NCBI GenBank assembly: GCA_045128835.1
Contig: JBGVRX010000026.1
Location: forward strand, 16,512 to 80,511
Length of the DNA stretch: 64,000 nt
Direction: 5' to 3'
Source: Bacilli bacterium
GTDB taxonomy: Bacteria; Bacillota_I; Bacilli_A; RFN20; DUOF01
In this document: positions 36,508 through 46,865 of the stretch, in pieces
Layout of the letters: every line of letters starts with the position of its first letter
How positions within the stretch are numbered: the stretch's first letter is position 1
Made by a program: the position numbers and the translations under genes
Notes under the pieces: model-generated
What the model saw: only the letters and a program-made list of their open reading frames with translations
Told to the model about the DNA's origin: nothing
The model's database searches: none

Positions 36508-38092
36508 TATTAATCCCCTCCATACTAATGCATACACAAGACACTTTATTTTGATACATATTATTTGGTTCCAATCTAAATATCAAATCATATTTATCTA
36601 TATTTCTATCTAATTTATTAGCTAGATTAAATCCTACTAAACTAGCATCCTTAGAAATATTCATTAAAATGTGTTTCCCATCTTTACTTTTATTTATGAA
36701 ATTAGCATCACATTCTTTAATAACAAATAAAGGCTTAGGATTTCCTTCTCCAAAAGGAGCTAACTTTAATAAATCTTCATAAGCTTTATAAGTTAATTCT
36801 TCTTTTTCTACTTCAATTACTTCTAAAACTTGTTCTTCATATTCATAGTTAGCACAATCCTCTTCAATTTTAGCCACAAACGCCTCATAGTTCTCTCTCT
36901 TTATAGTAAGACCTGCAGCGCCTTTATGACCACCAAATTGCTCTATATAACCGTTTTTTTCTAATATTTCAATAATATTAACTTCATCTATAGATCTGGC
37001 ACTACCTTTATAATATTGTTTTGTTTCATCAAGCGAGAATACAATTGAAGGTAGTTTATATTTATTTGTAAATCTAGCAGCGATAATACCGTTAATTCCT
37101 TCAAGCATATTATCGCTTCTCTCTACGATAATTTTACTTGTATAACTACCTTTATCTAAAGAAATAAAACCATCCTCAGTCATTTTCTTTCTCTCTTCGT
37201 TGGTCTTTTCAATAAATGTAGCACCTTTTTTTATTTCTTCTACATTATCACTAGTCAAGAAATTAACTAATCTATTCGCAGTATTCCCTTTACATATTCT
37301 ACCTACAGAATTAAGTTTAGGTATAACTACCATTCCTAACGTATTCTCATCGTACTTTTTATTATCACTATTCAAATAGTTAATAGCCTTATATTTCTTT
37401 GTATTCAAATAATTAATAGCTTTAGTAGCCAATAATTTGTTTTGTTCAACTAAAGGCATTACATCTGCAATTGTAGCAATTCCTGCTAATGCCATACAAA
37501 CTTCATCCTCACTTGCTAATAAGGCTTTAGATACAAAATAACAAATACTGGCAGCACACATATTATATTCAGTAAAATCAGAATATTCTGGGTGAAGCAA
37601 TAAATCAAAGTTAGGATATGTTTCATCTTTTTGGTGATGATCCAACACCAAAACATCCATACCTAAACTTTTAGCATCATCTATTGATTCAAAGGCTTTA
37701 ATTCCATTATCTACACATATAAGCAATGAATATCCTTTTTCACTCATTTGTTTCACTATTTTGCTCGATAATCCATATCCATCTTCATATCTATTAGGGA
37801 CATAATATCCTACATCATAATTCATTAATTTAAATGTGCGATATAAAATAGAAACAGCGCAAATACCATCTGCATCATAATCTCCATATATAGCAATTTT
37901 CTTATTATCACTCATCGCTTTTAAGATAACACTAATAACTTTATCCATATCTTTATATTTATAAGATTCATTTTCAATAATTTTATTTGTGAAAGATATA
38001 TTTCTATTCACCATAACTTTAGCGGCAAGAGAGGTAATATGGTGTTTCTTTATTAATTCTTCATATTTATCTACATTTAACACCTTATACAT
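36500..38092 (-). CDS. recJ: single-stranded-DNA exonuclease RecJ
   Basis: DHH motifs YGDYDADGI, VDNG, VLDHHQ, plus GGHKGAAG (DHHA1). Confidence 0.9.
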   Translation of the reverse strand: MYKVLNVDKYEELIKKHHITSLAAKVMVNRNISFTNKIIENESYKYKDMDKVISVILKAMSDNKKIAIYGDYDADGICAVSILYRTFKLMNYDVGYYVPNRYEDGYGLSSKIVKQMSEKGYSLLICVDNGIKAFESIDDAKSLGMDVLVLDHHQKDETYPNFDLLLHPEYSDFTEYNMCAASICYFVSKALLASEDEVCMALAGIATIADVMPLVEQNKLLATKAINYLNTKKYKAINYLNSDNKKYDENTLGMVVIPKLNSVGRICKGNTANRLVNFLTSDNVEEIKKGATFIEKTNEERKKMTEDGFISLDKGSYTSKIIVERSDNMLEGINGIIAARFTNKYKLPSIVFSLDETKQYYKGSARSIDEVNIIEILEKNGYIEQFGGHKGAAGLTIKRENYEAFVAKIEEDCANYEYEEQVLEVIEVEKEELTYKAYEDLLKLAPFGEGNPKPLFVIKECDANFINKSKDGKHILMNISKDASLVGFNLANKLDRNIDKYDLIFRLEPNNMYQNKVSCVCISMEGINNV

Positions 38093-38197
38093 ATATTTAC
38101 TTCCCCCAAACTATAACACCTTAATTTTAAAGTATTTTACATATAAATTAAAGTTAATTTACAATAAAAAATGAGAACTATATGTTCTCATTTAATT

Positions 38198-40531
38198 TTA
38201 GTCATTTATACCAACAAATGTTTGTTCTTCTGTGTCTTTGAAGAAACGTCTATTTTTCTTTGATTTGAATTCTCTTTTCTTTCTGTCGCTTAATTTTTCA
38301 ATTGCTAACCAAGTTCTGCTTGCTAAGATAGTTGAGTTAACAAATCCGAAGATTGTTCCAACAATTAAAGTTAAATAGAAACTATAGTTTGCTGCTGTAG
38401 AGAATGCTAATAGAACGATTGAGATACCAACTACTACTGCAGAAGAAATAATCATTCTTGGAAGAGTTGAATTGATAGCTTTACGAATTGCTTCATATCT
38501 TTCTTCGTTTGATAAATATTTTTTAGTAGTACCACTTAATAATTCTTTTAACTTATTAAATACAACAACAAGAGTATTTAAGCCAAACACAGAAATTGCA
38601 AAGATAGCTATAACAACATCACTACCAATTTTAATACGAGTTAATCCGAAGAATAATGCAGTTAATAAGATAGTAGCTGCTGTAGATGCAACTGCTGCAA
38701 CAGCATAAGTGTAACGATATTTAACTGCTAAGTAGATAGCAACTAACACTAATGCTAAACTTATAGTATTTAACGCAGCTGTTGTAGAAACAAGTGCAGA
38801 TTTAGGATTAATATCATTGATATATAATTCATATCTTTCATCATATTCCTTGTTTTCTCCAAATGTTTCAATAACTTTATTAGTTAATTCTGTTTCTTGT
38901 TCTGCAACTGAAGCATCAGTTGTAACTGTAACTTTATACTTCTTTACGCCTGAATCTTCAAATGTAGATGTTTCAATACCAGTTAATTCGATATTTAACT
39001 CACCTTCATCAAAGAATCTCATAATGTGTTCGTTATCTGTGAAATATTCTTGAGTTGAAACGATTGTTATACTACTGTTTTCTTTAATTGTCTTATTGTA
39101 ATTAAATAATGATCCTGTAGCTAATTGGAACACTAACATAACGATAAGAGATAATGCTACAAATGCACCACTACCAATGAAGTATTTTTTAGTATTCTTT
39201 AATAAATCTGCATTTGCATTTTTAGAAGTTGTATATGCTTCTTTATTTTCAATATAAGCTTTTTTAGCACCAAATGCTGTTGGCTTATTAGAAAGTTTAG
39301 CGTAGTAAGATAAAATTAATCTAGTCAATATTGGCATTACAACAAGTGTAGAAACACTAGATAAAGCTAACATAGTAGAGAAACTACCAACGCTGCTACC
39401 GAAGAAGAACATTACAATTGCCATGATAGTAATTACAACATTTGAATCAACGATAGAGTGAACTGATTTCTTATATCCTTCTTTGAACGCTCTAACAACA
39501 TTTTTACCATTGTAAATTTCTATATTAGTTCTTTCAAATAATACGATAATTGCATCAATTGCAAGACCTAATGCTACTATTAATGCTGCGATTGCTTGTT
39601 GATTTACAATTCCTTTAAATGCAACAAATAATGTTACAGTTAAGAATACATCGAATAATAAGATTGCTGAAGCAACTAAACCGCCTAATTTATAGTTAAC
39701 ACTTAAGAAAACTACTACTAATACTAATGCAACTAAACTAGCAATTAAAACTTTAGTATATGCACTTTGAGCCTCATTAACTTCAAGAGAAGAAATTTGA
39801 ACTATTTTTAATTCATAATCTAAAGTACCAGAGTTAATTAAATCTACTGTAGATTGTGCAACACTCTTAGAGAATTGTCCTGTTACAGTAATTGTATCTG
39901 TATCTAATTTTTCAGAAACTGTAGCGTTATAAATAATTTTCTTTGCAACACTAGCATCAGTTTCTAAGTTAGCGTAATCATCGCCTTCTTCATAGCCTAA
40001 CCAAACAACTAAGTGAGTATCGCTCATAGAACTAACGCTTTCAGTAATTTCACTTAATAATTCAGTATTTTTAATATTAAGAAGAATGATAGGATAACCA
40101 TCAGCACTTAATTCACTACTTAAAGTAGCACCTACATCTTTTAATATTTCTTCACCTGTAGCTAATAAATTGTTTTCAAAATCACGGAAAGATATTTCAG
40201 CATTATTTTCAATAATACTACGAATATCATCAGCAATGATTTGGTTTGAAGCACTTACAGTTACACGAACGTATTTATCTCCCTCAACACTAACGATAGG
40301 ATCGATAGTATTAGCGATATCTAATCTTTTTTCAATACCTTCTGCTGCTGTTTTTGCTAGATTTTTATTTGACATATCTTCATCTTCTGTAGTTATTTCA
40401 TAAAGGATATCGAATCCACCATTGAACTCCATTCCTGTTTTGCTGTTATTTTTAATACTTGGAGCGCCAAAAGCAATAACCGCAAATAAAGTAACTAAGA
40501 TAATTACAAATGAAAACACTCTTTTTTTCAT
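38198..40531 (-). CDS. secDF: fused protein-export membrane protein SecDF
   Basis: Two 6-TM blocks with periplasmic-type loops. GAGGGGGAG SD before MKKRVFSF. Confidence 0.88.
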   Translation of the reverse strand: MKKRVFSFVIILVTLFAVIAFGAPSIKNNSKTGMEFNGGFDILYEITTEDEDMSNKNLAKTAAEGIEKRLDIANTIDPIVSVEGDKYVRVTVSASNQIIADDIRSIIENNAEISFRDFENNLLATGEEILKDVGATLSSELSADGYPIILLNIKNTELLSEITESVSSMSDTHLVVWLGYEEGDDYANLETDASVAKKIIYNATVSEKLDTDTITVTGQFSKSVAQSTVDLINSGTLDYELKIVQISSLEVNEAQSAYTKVLIASLVALVLVVVFLSVNYKLGGLVASAILLFDVFLTVTLFVAFKGIVNQQAIAALIVALGLAIDAIIVLFERTNIEIYNGKNVVRAFKEGYKKSVHSIVDSNVVITIMAIVMFFFGSSVGSFSTMLALSSVSTLVVMPILTRLILSYYAKLSNKPTAFGAKKAYIENKEAYTTSKNANADLLKNTKKYFIGSGAFVALSLIVMLVFQLATGSLFNYNKTIKENSSITIVSTQEYFTDNEHIMRFFDEGELNIELTGIETSTFEDSGVKKYKVTVTTDASVAEQETELTNKVIETFGENKEYDERYELYINDINPKSALVSTTAALNTISLALVLVAIYLAVKYRYTYAVAAVASTAATILLTALFFGLTRIKIGSDVVIAIFAISVFGLNTLVVVFNKLKELLSGTTKKYLSNEERYEAIRKAINSTLPRMIISSAVVVGISIVLLAFSTAANYSFYLTLIVGTIFGFVNSTILASRTWLAIEKLSDRKKREFKSKKNRRFFKDTEEQTFVGIND

Positions 40532-40668
40532 TTTACTCCCCCTCAACAATTGTTCTAAAACTGCATAATAAAACATTTATTTTAATATCTAGCAATATTA
40601 AACAATATTACATGCCCTTATACTTTATCAAATTATAGGAACTTAATCAATAAGAAAGGTGGAATTTT

Positions 40669-41979
40669 ATGCTAAAAAAGAAAATTATCAAATCAACTTT
40701 AAGTCTTTTATTTGTAGGCTTTATTACAAAGATTTTATCAACTCTAGGAAGGATTTCTACTGCTAGAACAATCGGCCAAGAAAGTATGGGCATTTATATG
40801 CTTGTTATGCCTACTGCAGTTTTCTTTATCAATATAATTCAATTAAGTTTACCTACTTGTATAAATAAGTTAATTGCCCAAAATCCAAGCAAGACAAAAA
40901 ACATTATTATAACCTCTTCTATTATATCTCTAATCATTAATAGCATTTTTATGATTCTTATTATTTCATTCTCACCTTTCATAGCAAATAACATTTTAAA
41001 AAACGAAAAAACACTATACGCAATTAACGCATTAGCCTTATTAATTCCTTTAATAAGTTTAGGAGGACTAATAAAAGGCTATTATGCCGGTATTGGAAAA
41101 ATAGAAATAACAGCCTATTCTCAAATAAGCGAAGAAATAGCAAGAATCGCTTTTATTCTCTTATTTGGAGGCTATTTCTTAAAGGGTGGTGAAATGTATG
41201 GAGCTTATGCTGCCATTTTAAGTTTATGTGTAGGAGAAGTCTTTTCTTTAACCCATATGATTATTTCTTTAAAAAACTTAAAATCAAAAACAAAAAAACT
41301 CTTCTTTGGAATTCTTAATGAAGAACATTTAGAAACTAAAGATATTCTAAGCATGTCTTTACCTTTAACTGGTGGTAAGTTTATAGGATCCATCGCATAC
41401 ATGCTAGAACCGATAATTATTACAAATGTATTATTAAATGTAGGAATGAGTAATGATTTAATAACTTTAGAATACGGAATATTGTCTGGCTATGCTATGC
41501 CTCTACTATTAATGCCTGGTTTCTTTGCTAATGCCTTTGGAAGGGTTTTACTTCAACCTATGACAACAGCAATAGCTAACAATAATAAAAAAGAGGCAAA
41601 AAAATTATTTGCCTCATTATCTTTAATATCTTTAATAGTTGGAGCCATATTCTCTATAATAATGTTTTTATTCCCTAGTCAATTAATGAATTTATTATAT
41701 GGAAATAGTGATGGATCAATTTATGTTAGAATATTCTCTATTCCCTTTATTTTATATTATCTAGAATCTCCTTTTATAAGCGCTATGACTGCATTAGGCA
41801 AAACTAAACAAATCATGTTTTATGATGTCTTAGCATCTGCACTTAGAATATGTTTACTATTTATTCTATTACCTACTCTTAAAATGTTTGGAGTGGCCAT
41901 AGCAACTTCTTTATCTTTTATAATGGTAGTAATAATATTTGGATTTATTATTACTAAAGAATTAAAAATAAAAAACTAA
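40669..41979 (+). CDS. spoVB: SpoVB / MurJ-like MOP-family flippase
   Basis: About 12-14 TM. The N-terminus LSLLFVGFITKILSTLGRISTARTIGQESMGIY resembles SpoVB, and synteny with secDF matches Bacillus. Confidence 0.6.
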   Translation: MLKKKIIKSTLSLLFVGFITKILSTLGRISTARTIGQESMGIYMLVMPTAVFFINIIQLSLPTCINKLIAQNPSKTKNIIITSSIISLIINSIFMILIISFSPFIANNILKNEKTLYAINALALLIPLISLGGLIKGYYAGIGKIEITAYSQISEEIARIAFILLFGGYFLKGGEMYGAYAAILSLCVGEVFSLTHMIISLKNLKSKTKKLFFGILNEEHLETKDILSMSLPLTGGKFIGSIAYMLEPIIITNVLLNVGMSNDLITLEYGILSGYAMPLLLMPGFFANAFGRVLLQPMTTAIANNNKKEAKKLFASLSLISLIVGAIFSIIMFLFPSQLMNLLYGNSDGSIYVRIFSIPFILYYLESPFISAMTALGKTKQIMFYDVLASALRICLLFILLPTLKMFGVAIATSLSFIMVVIIFGFIITKELKIKN

Positions 41980-42372
41980 TTATTTCTTCTTAGAACCTTT
42001 AGTGTTTTTAGTAATAGCTAAATGCATCTTTTGAGCAGTATTTAAACCAAACACTTCAGTATCTTCTTTATAGAAACGTTTCATATAAGTCATAACAAAA
42101 TTATGGAAACTACCACCAATTACATTTTTATGACTTCCTTTAATAACATCATTAAAATAATTCGCAGCATTCATAGAGTCATTTTTATATGTCCCAAAAC
42201 GATACTCCTCATCTAAATCATATTTCTCATTAGTAACCCTAACTAGTTCAGTAAACAATCTTACCAATTCACTATTTTCCTTATTAATTTGCAAGACTTC
42301 ATCTAAAATGTAAACAATTTCTTCTTTACCATTACTTGTTCTAATAATTACCATCTTATCCATTTCAATCAC
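41980..42372 (-). CDS. hypothetical protein, paralog of 43436..43858
   Basis: Shares V.IIRT......E..YIL.E....I..NS and GGSFHNFV/SGSYFSFL segments and a Lys-rich tail with the other copy. Confidence 0.5.
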   Translation of the reverse strand: MIEMDKMVIIRTSNGKEEIVYILDEVLQINKENSELVRLFTELVRVTNEKYDLDEEYRFGTYKNDSMNAANYFNDVIKGSHKNVIGGSFHNFVMTYMKRFYKEDTEVFGLNTAQKMHLAITKNTKGSKKK

Positions 42373-42381
42373 CTAAATTAA

Positions 42382-43062
42382 TTATACCTTATTTTTTCTT
42401 TCTTTTTCAATAATAAACAAAGATTCATCCACACTAAAAAAACACATAAAGATTTCTTTCTCATCTTTATATCCTTTTTTATTCAATTCCTTAATCAACC
42501 AATTCCTATCCTTATTCAATATCTCTAATACCTTTTCATCAATAATACCATCTTTAATCAAAGAAAAAGGAACTTTAGAGTTATCTTTATCCTTCTCTAT
42601 AACACTTAAAGTGCCATTACTCTCTAAAATAGCAAACTTAACATTGATAACACTATCAATACCATTAATCCTTAATTGTTCCATCAAATCATCAATATTA
42701 TATCTTAGTTTCTTCATTATCTTGATATCAACATTACCATCATTAATTACAATCGTAGGATTCTCTTCAATTAACTTTCGAACCTTATTACTCTTTAAAA
42801 CAATATAGGAACTAACAACCTGCATCAAACAAATTACTATTATAGGTATCAAAACCTTCATAATATCATCATGAGGTTCTTCAATCGATAAAGAAAATAG
42901 TTCTGATATAACAAAGAAAATTACAATATCAAAAGAATTTAATTGTCCCAATTCCCTCTTACCCATTATCTTTAAGATAACAATCGTTACTATGATAAAT
43001 AAAATAGTCTTACCAATAATAAGCAAATAATCATTCATAAAGACAATCTTCCTTTCATACAT
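42382..43062 (-). CDS. DUF421 (YetF/YrbG-like) membrane protein
   Basis: GKRELGQLNSFDIVIFFVISE pattern, then a soluble C-terminal domain. Confidence 0.6.
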   Translation of the reverse strand: MYERKIVFMNDYLLIIGKTILFIIVTIVILKIMGKRELGQLNSFDIVIFFVISELFSLSIEEPHDDIMKVLIPIIVICLMQVVSSYIVLKSNKVRKLIEENPTIVINDGNVDIKIMKKLRYNIDDLMEQLRINGIDSVINVKFAILESNGTLSVIEKDKDNSKVPFSLIKDGIIDEKVLEILNKDRNWLIKELNKKGYKDEKEIFMCFFSVDESLFIIEKERKNKV

Positions 43063-43081
43063 TTAACTAGGAGGAAACACA

Positions 43082-43435
43082 ATGAAAACAACTATAAAAT
43101 CCTATACAACTTCTCTATTATTTATATTATTATCTACCTTTATATTTTCCCTTATTTTAACAATACTAAACCAAAATAATCTAATTAGCATTTCTACAAG
43201 CAATATAACTTCTAGTATTTTATCACTTTTACTATTCTTTATATCTTCAATAATATTAGGATTAAAAATAAAAAAGAAAGGATTACTAAACGGTATAATC
43301 CTTTCTCTTATTTATATATCATTAAATTTAATTATAGGATTCAACTTCACTAATTATCTTTCTATAATCAAATTCATTTCAAAAATACTTTTAATAATAC
43401 TAGGAACTATAATTGGAGTTAATCTAAATAAGTAA
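43082..43435 (+). CDS. small 4-TM membrane protein (YrzE/TIGR04086-like)
   Basis: AGGAGG SD. Hydrophobic 117-aa protein at the position occupied by yrzE in Bacillus. Confidence 0.45.
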   Translation: MKTTIKSYTTSLLFILLSTFIFSLILTILNQNNLISISTSNITSSILSLLLFFISSIILGLKIKKKGLLNGIILSLIYISLNLIIGFNFTNYLSIIKFISKILLIILGTIIGVNLNK

Positions 43436-43858
43436 CTATTTCTTAGGTTTCTTATTTGGATCAAACTCTTTAAGTCTCTTATGCATCCAATTCTTTAATG
43501 TATCATAATTATTATTAGATATATATAACTTAGATGGTTCTAAAGTTATTCTTTGATCTATACTACGCGCAAAATAAACTAAGAAAGAGAAATAACTGCC
43601 AGAAGGAGGAGTTTCTCTTCCATTTAAATGACAGTTAACTAAAAAGACTTCATAATCTTCATCATCAACCAATTTAAGATCATAAGAATAAGGAGTTTTA
43701 TCAATTCTTTTTTCTAACTCCATTAAATTCTTCATTATATAAAGTACATTTGAGTTCCTTCTTATATCATAAATAGACTCATGTAAAATATAGTAAGTTT
43801 CCCTTACATTCGTAGTTTTGTTAGTTCTAACAACAGCAATCTTCTTGTACATACCCAT
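43436..43858 (-). CDS. hypothetical protein, paralog of 41980..42372
   Basis: See 41980..42372. Confidence 0.5.
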   Translation of the reverse strand: MGMYKKIAVVRTNKTTNVRETYYILHESIYDIRRNSNVLYIMKNLMELEKRIDKTPYSYDLKLVDDEDYEVFLVNCHLNGRETPPSGSYFSFLVYFARSIDQRITLEPSKLYISNNNYDTLKNWMHKRLKEFDPNKKPKK

Positions 43859-43926
43859 ATAAAATCGCCCCTTACAATTAAAATTATACCTAACGCAACT
43901 TATTATTTCAATTAAAACTTTTTCAC

Positions 43927-43950
43927 TAAAAAAGCCGGATAATCCGGCTC
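43927..43950 (-). terminator. terminator after ruvB
   Basis: On the - strand, AGCCGGA-tta-TCCGGCT followed by T6. Confidence 0.75.
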
Positions 43951-43957
43951 TTTTTAT

Positions 43958-44959
43958 TTAAAACAATGTTTCTTGATAGCTAATCTTTAAATGTCTATAA
44001 GCAAGTTCGGTGGCCATTCTACCCCTTTGAGTTCTATTAATCATACCTATTTGTAATAAATAAGGTTCATAAACATCCTCTAAAGTAGTAACTTCTTCGC
44101 CAATTGCTAACGCTATTGCTTCTACTCCTACAGGCCCGCCTTTAAATCTCTCAATAATACCTCTTAAATATGCTAAATCTACATCATCCAAACCTAACTC
44201 ATCTACTTTTAAAGCATTAAGAGAAGAAATAGTAGTTTCCATATCAATCTCTTTTAACCCCTTAACAGTAGCAAAATCTCTAATTCTACGATAAAGCCTA
44301 TTAGCTATACGAGGAGTACCTCTACTTCTTTTAGCTACTTCTACCTTAGCTTCTTCATCAATACTCATGCCAAATACTCTAGATGTTCTTTTTACAATCG
44401 CAGATAACTCATCTAAAGTATAATATTCTAACTTAGATACAATACCAAAACGATCTCTTAAAGGTGAAGATAAATCTCCAGCACGTGTAGTAGCACCTAC
44501 TAATGTAAATGGAGGTAAATCAATATTAATTGATCTAGCACCACTATCTTTGCCTACCACTAAACTAATCGAAAAGTCTTCCATCGCTCCATATAAAACT
44601 TCTTCTACCACTCTAGGTAATCTATGAATCTCATCAATAAATAAAACATCTCCTGGAGATAAAGTAGCAAGTATTGCTGCTAAATCACCACTCTTTTCAA
44701 TTGAAGGACCATTAACAACCTTAATATTACCTCTCATTTCATGCGCTATAACATGAGCAAGAGTAGTTTTACCTAAACCAGGTGGACCATACAATAAAAC
44801 ATGATCCAAAGTTTCTTTTCTTTCTAATGCAGCCTTAATGAAAACCTTTAAATTATCTTTAATTGCACTTTGACCTACATATTCTTCTAAAGTAGAAGGT
44901 CTTAAAGATAATTCAGTATCATCTTCACTAATTCTATTATTATCTAATACCCTTTCCAT
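43958..44959 (-). CDS. ruvB: Holliday junction helicase RuvB
   Basis: [17 protein letters not shown], sensor residues, typical length. Confidence 0.95.
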   Translation of the reverse strand: MERVLDNNRISEDDTELSLRPSTLEEYVGQSAIKDNLKVFIKAALERKETLDHVLLYGPPGLGKTTLAHVIAHEMRGNIKVVNGPSIEKSGDLAAILATLSPGDVLFIDEIHRLPRVVEEVLYGAMEDFSISLVVGKDSGARSINIDLPPFTLVGATTRAGDLSSPLRDRFGIVSKLEYYTLDELSAIVKRTSRVFGMSIDEEAKVEVAKRSRGTPRIANRLYRRIRDFATVKGLKEIDMETTISSLNALKVDELGLDDVDLAYLRGIIERFKGGPVGVEAIALAIGEEVTTLEDVYEPYLLQIGMINRTQRGRMATELAYRHLKISYQETLF

Positions 44960-44973
44960 TCTCCCCCTACTTT

Positions 44974-45540
44974 CTATTTTTTATTTAAGAATTGTAATGC
45001 TTTAAAGATACAATCACTAACTTCAATATTTTCATCTTGTATCTTACTTAAAGCATTATCAATTTCTTGGGCTTTAAATCCAAATCCTTTTAACGCTTCC
45101 TTAGCTTCTTTAAATACAGGATTTTCTTTAACTGCGACACTAGTGTCCACTCTAAGATGTCCTTTTAAATCCAAAATAATTTGACCAGCGGCTTTAGGGC
45201 CAATACCAGGTAATTTCTTTAAGTAACCTAAATTACCAGTTTCAATAGCTTCAATAATACCTTCATAGCTACCCTTTGATAACATTGATACCGCACTCTT
45301 AGGCCCAATACCCTTAACACTAATCAACTTCATAAATAGTTCCTTTTCATCCTTAGTAAAGAAACCATACAAAGTTACATCATTCTCTCTAATCGCTAAA
45401 TAAGTATGTACCATTATCTCTTCATATAAATGATATTTCTCTGGATTAGGAACAAACAACTCATAACCTACACCACAAACATCTAAATATATATTCTCAA
45501 TCGTAATATGCTCTACTCTACCTCTTAAAAAACCTATCAT
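44974..45540 (-). CDS. ruvA: Holliday junction DNA-binding protein RuvA
   Basis: MIGFLRG N-terminus and HhH motifs GIGPKSA / LPGIGPKAA. Confidence 0.92.
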   Translation of the reverse strand: MIGFLRGRVEHITIENIYLDVCGVGYELFVPNPEKYHLYEEIMVHTYLAIRENDVTLYGFFTKDEKELFMKLISVKGIGPKSAVSMLSKGSYEGIIEAIETGNLGYLKKLPGIGPKAAGQIILDLKGHLRVDTSVAVKENPVFKEAKEALKGFGFKAQEIDNALSKIQDENIEVSDCIFKALQFLNKK

Positions 45541-45564
45541 AATATCACCTCATTTATTATACCA

Positions 45565-45741
45565 AAATAAAAAAAAGAAAGACACAAAATCTTTCTAATA
45601 TAATCAATATCTTTCTTAAGCCAATACCCATTGGCTTTTTTTATTTACCCCTCAACTAAAAACATAGGTTCTTAGACCACGTAATTTGGAAGGGTATCAG
45701 AACCTCAAAATTACTTAGGAACGATATATTTCTATATCGAT
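45565..45741 (-). ncRNA. candidate sRNA unit B (paralog of unit A)
   Basis: On the - strand: TGCTATAAT extended -10 (45756-45748); 5' hairpin CGATATA-gaaa-TATATCG; a GAGGTTC...GGTCTAAGAACC module; terminator AGAAAGA...TCTTTCT followed by T8 (45596-45568). Confidence 0.4.
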
Positions 45742-45866
45742 ACACCTATTATAGCAGTTTCATCTTACAATTACTACTATTTACGTTTAACAAAAAAAGA
45801 AAGGCCAACACCTTTCTTTTATTTTATCAATTTCTTTTTTCTCTTCCTTATTCGTACATTTCGAGG

Positions 45867-45901
45867 TTCTTAGACCCTCTGAAATTACGTTATGTACGAA
45901 C
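45867..45901. repeat. 35-nt repeat, copy 1 (ttcttagaccctctgaaattacgttatgtacgaac)
   Basis: 33/35 identical to 45933-45967 (66-nt period). A degenerate third copy begins at 45669 (ttcttagacc). Confidence 0.8.
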
Positions 45902-45932
45902 AATAATGTTTCTTTACAAGATTATATTGCAG

Positions 45933-45967
45933 TTCTTAGACCCTATGAAATTACGCTATGTACGAAC
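45933..45967. repeat. 35-nt repeat, copy 2
   Basis: ttcttagaccctatgaaattacgctatgtacgaac. Confidence 0.8.
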
Positions 45968-46087
45968 CTCAAATCGGGAACAATATATTGCTATATTGAT
46001 GTAGTAATTATAACATTACTATTTATTAATTACTAGAGCATTTGGCTTTTATATATTTGTAAAAAAAAAGACACTGTGGTCTTTCTT

Positions 46088-46852
46088 TTATTCTTCTTTC
46101 ATATATTTATTAAATTGAATAAACATAATAAGTTTTTTTATAAAGTTATAAGTTACTGCTAGAGTTATTAAAACTAATAAGCACCACCAAATAAAGTCAA
46201 GTTTAGAATAAACAACTATATCTATAATAATAAGTCCTATAATAAGAGGAACTCTTTCAATTAAATAAATTGCAAACTGAATGCCTCTAAGAGCATTTTC
46301 TTTCTTTTCTTTACTTACAGCCGTTTTAATTAAATGACCCATAATAGTACATCTTTCGCTATCAGGTTTTATCTCTACATATTGATTTAATCCAGATGAT
46401 ATATCATCCTTATCAAACATTTCATAACTAGTGTAATATAATGTTTCTTCTCCTACATGCATAAATACTGCGTTATATTTATTCTTAGCTTCTTCACTAT
46501 CATCATGTAAAGAAGCAGGACTACAATCTACTAATTTAGCCATTATACCACTTGAATAGTTTTCTTTTGTTTTGGAAAATGGTGCCATTATAAGTGCACA
46601 TATAATAGGTAGAAGAATTACCCCGCCAACAATCAAAAAAGCAATTAGCGAAGTTGTATCATCTTCCTCAAAAGAAATTATATATGCTACTAAGATAGCG
46701 ATTGAAAAGAATATATAATATCCCATAGAAAATATTTTTGTTTTTTTACTGTAATTGCCACCTTTATTTCCTACATGTATTATAAACCCAATAACTGTTA
46801 GAACTAAAATAACCGGCAATAAACTACCTATTAGCATTAATATTTCAACCAT
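46088..46852 (-). CDS. hypothetical membrane protein
   Basis: N-terminal and C-terminal TM clusters around a soluble middle. Terminator at about 46060-46087 on the - strand. Confidence 0.5.
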   Translation of the reverse strand: MVEILMLIGSLLPVILVLTVIGFIIHVGNKGGNYSKKTKIFSMGYYIFFSIAILVAYIISFEEDDTTSLIAFLIVGGVILLPIICALIMAPFSKTKENYSSGIMAKLVDCSPASLHDDSEEAKNKYNAVFMHVGEETLYYTSYEMFDKDDISSGLNQYVEIKPDSERCTIMGHLIKTAVSKEKKENALRGIQFAIYLIERVPLIIGLIIIDIVVYSKLDFIWWCLLVLITLAVTYNFIKKLIMFIQFNKYMKEE

Positions 46853-46865
46853 TATATATCACCAC

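Larger units (their letters stand above)
45790..46000 (-). ncRNA. candidate sRNA unit A (two copies of the 35-nt module)
   Basis: On the - strand: TGTTATAAT extended -10 (46015-46007); 5' hairpin CAATATA-gcaa-TATATTG, which covaries with unit B; two modules; terminator AGAAAGG...CCTTTCT followed by T7 (45817-45792). Confidence 0.4.

Noticed and set aside
45861-45890. Resemblance of cGAGGTTCTTAGACCCTCtgaaatta to a preQ1-I riboswitch aptamer. The ruvAB neighbourhood often carries queA-tgt.
   Set aside because: The motif is on the + strand with no downstream + strand gene. The A-rich tail and CUA pseudoknot partner are absent. Promoter and terminator polarity indicates - strand transcription.
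45867-45967. 35-nt repeats considered as a CRISPR array or a ToxI-like type III antitoxin.
   Set aside because: There are only two good copies plus one degenerate copy, with a 66-nt period. No cas gene or toxin gene is adjacent. The repeats are embedded in larger paralogous units with their own promoters and terminators.
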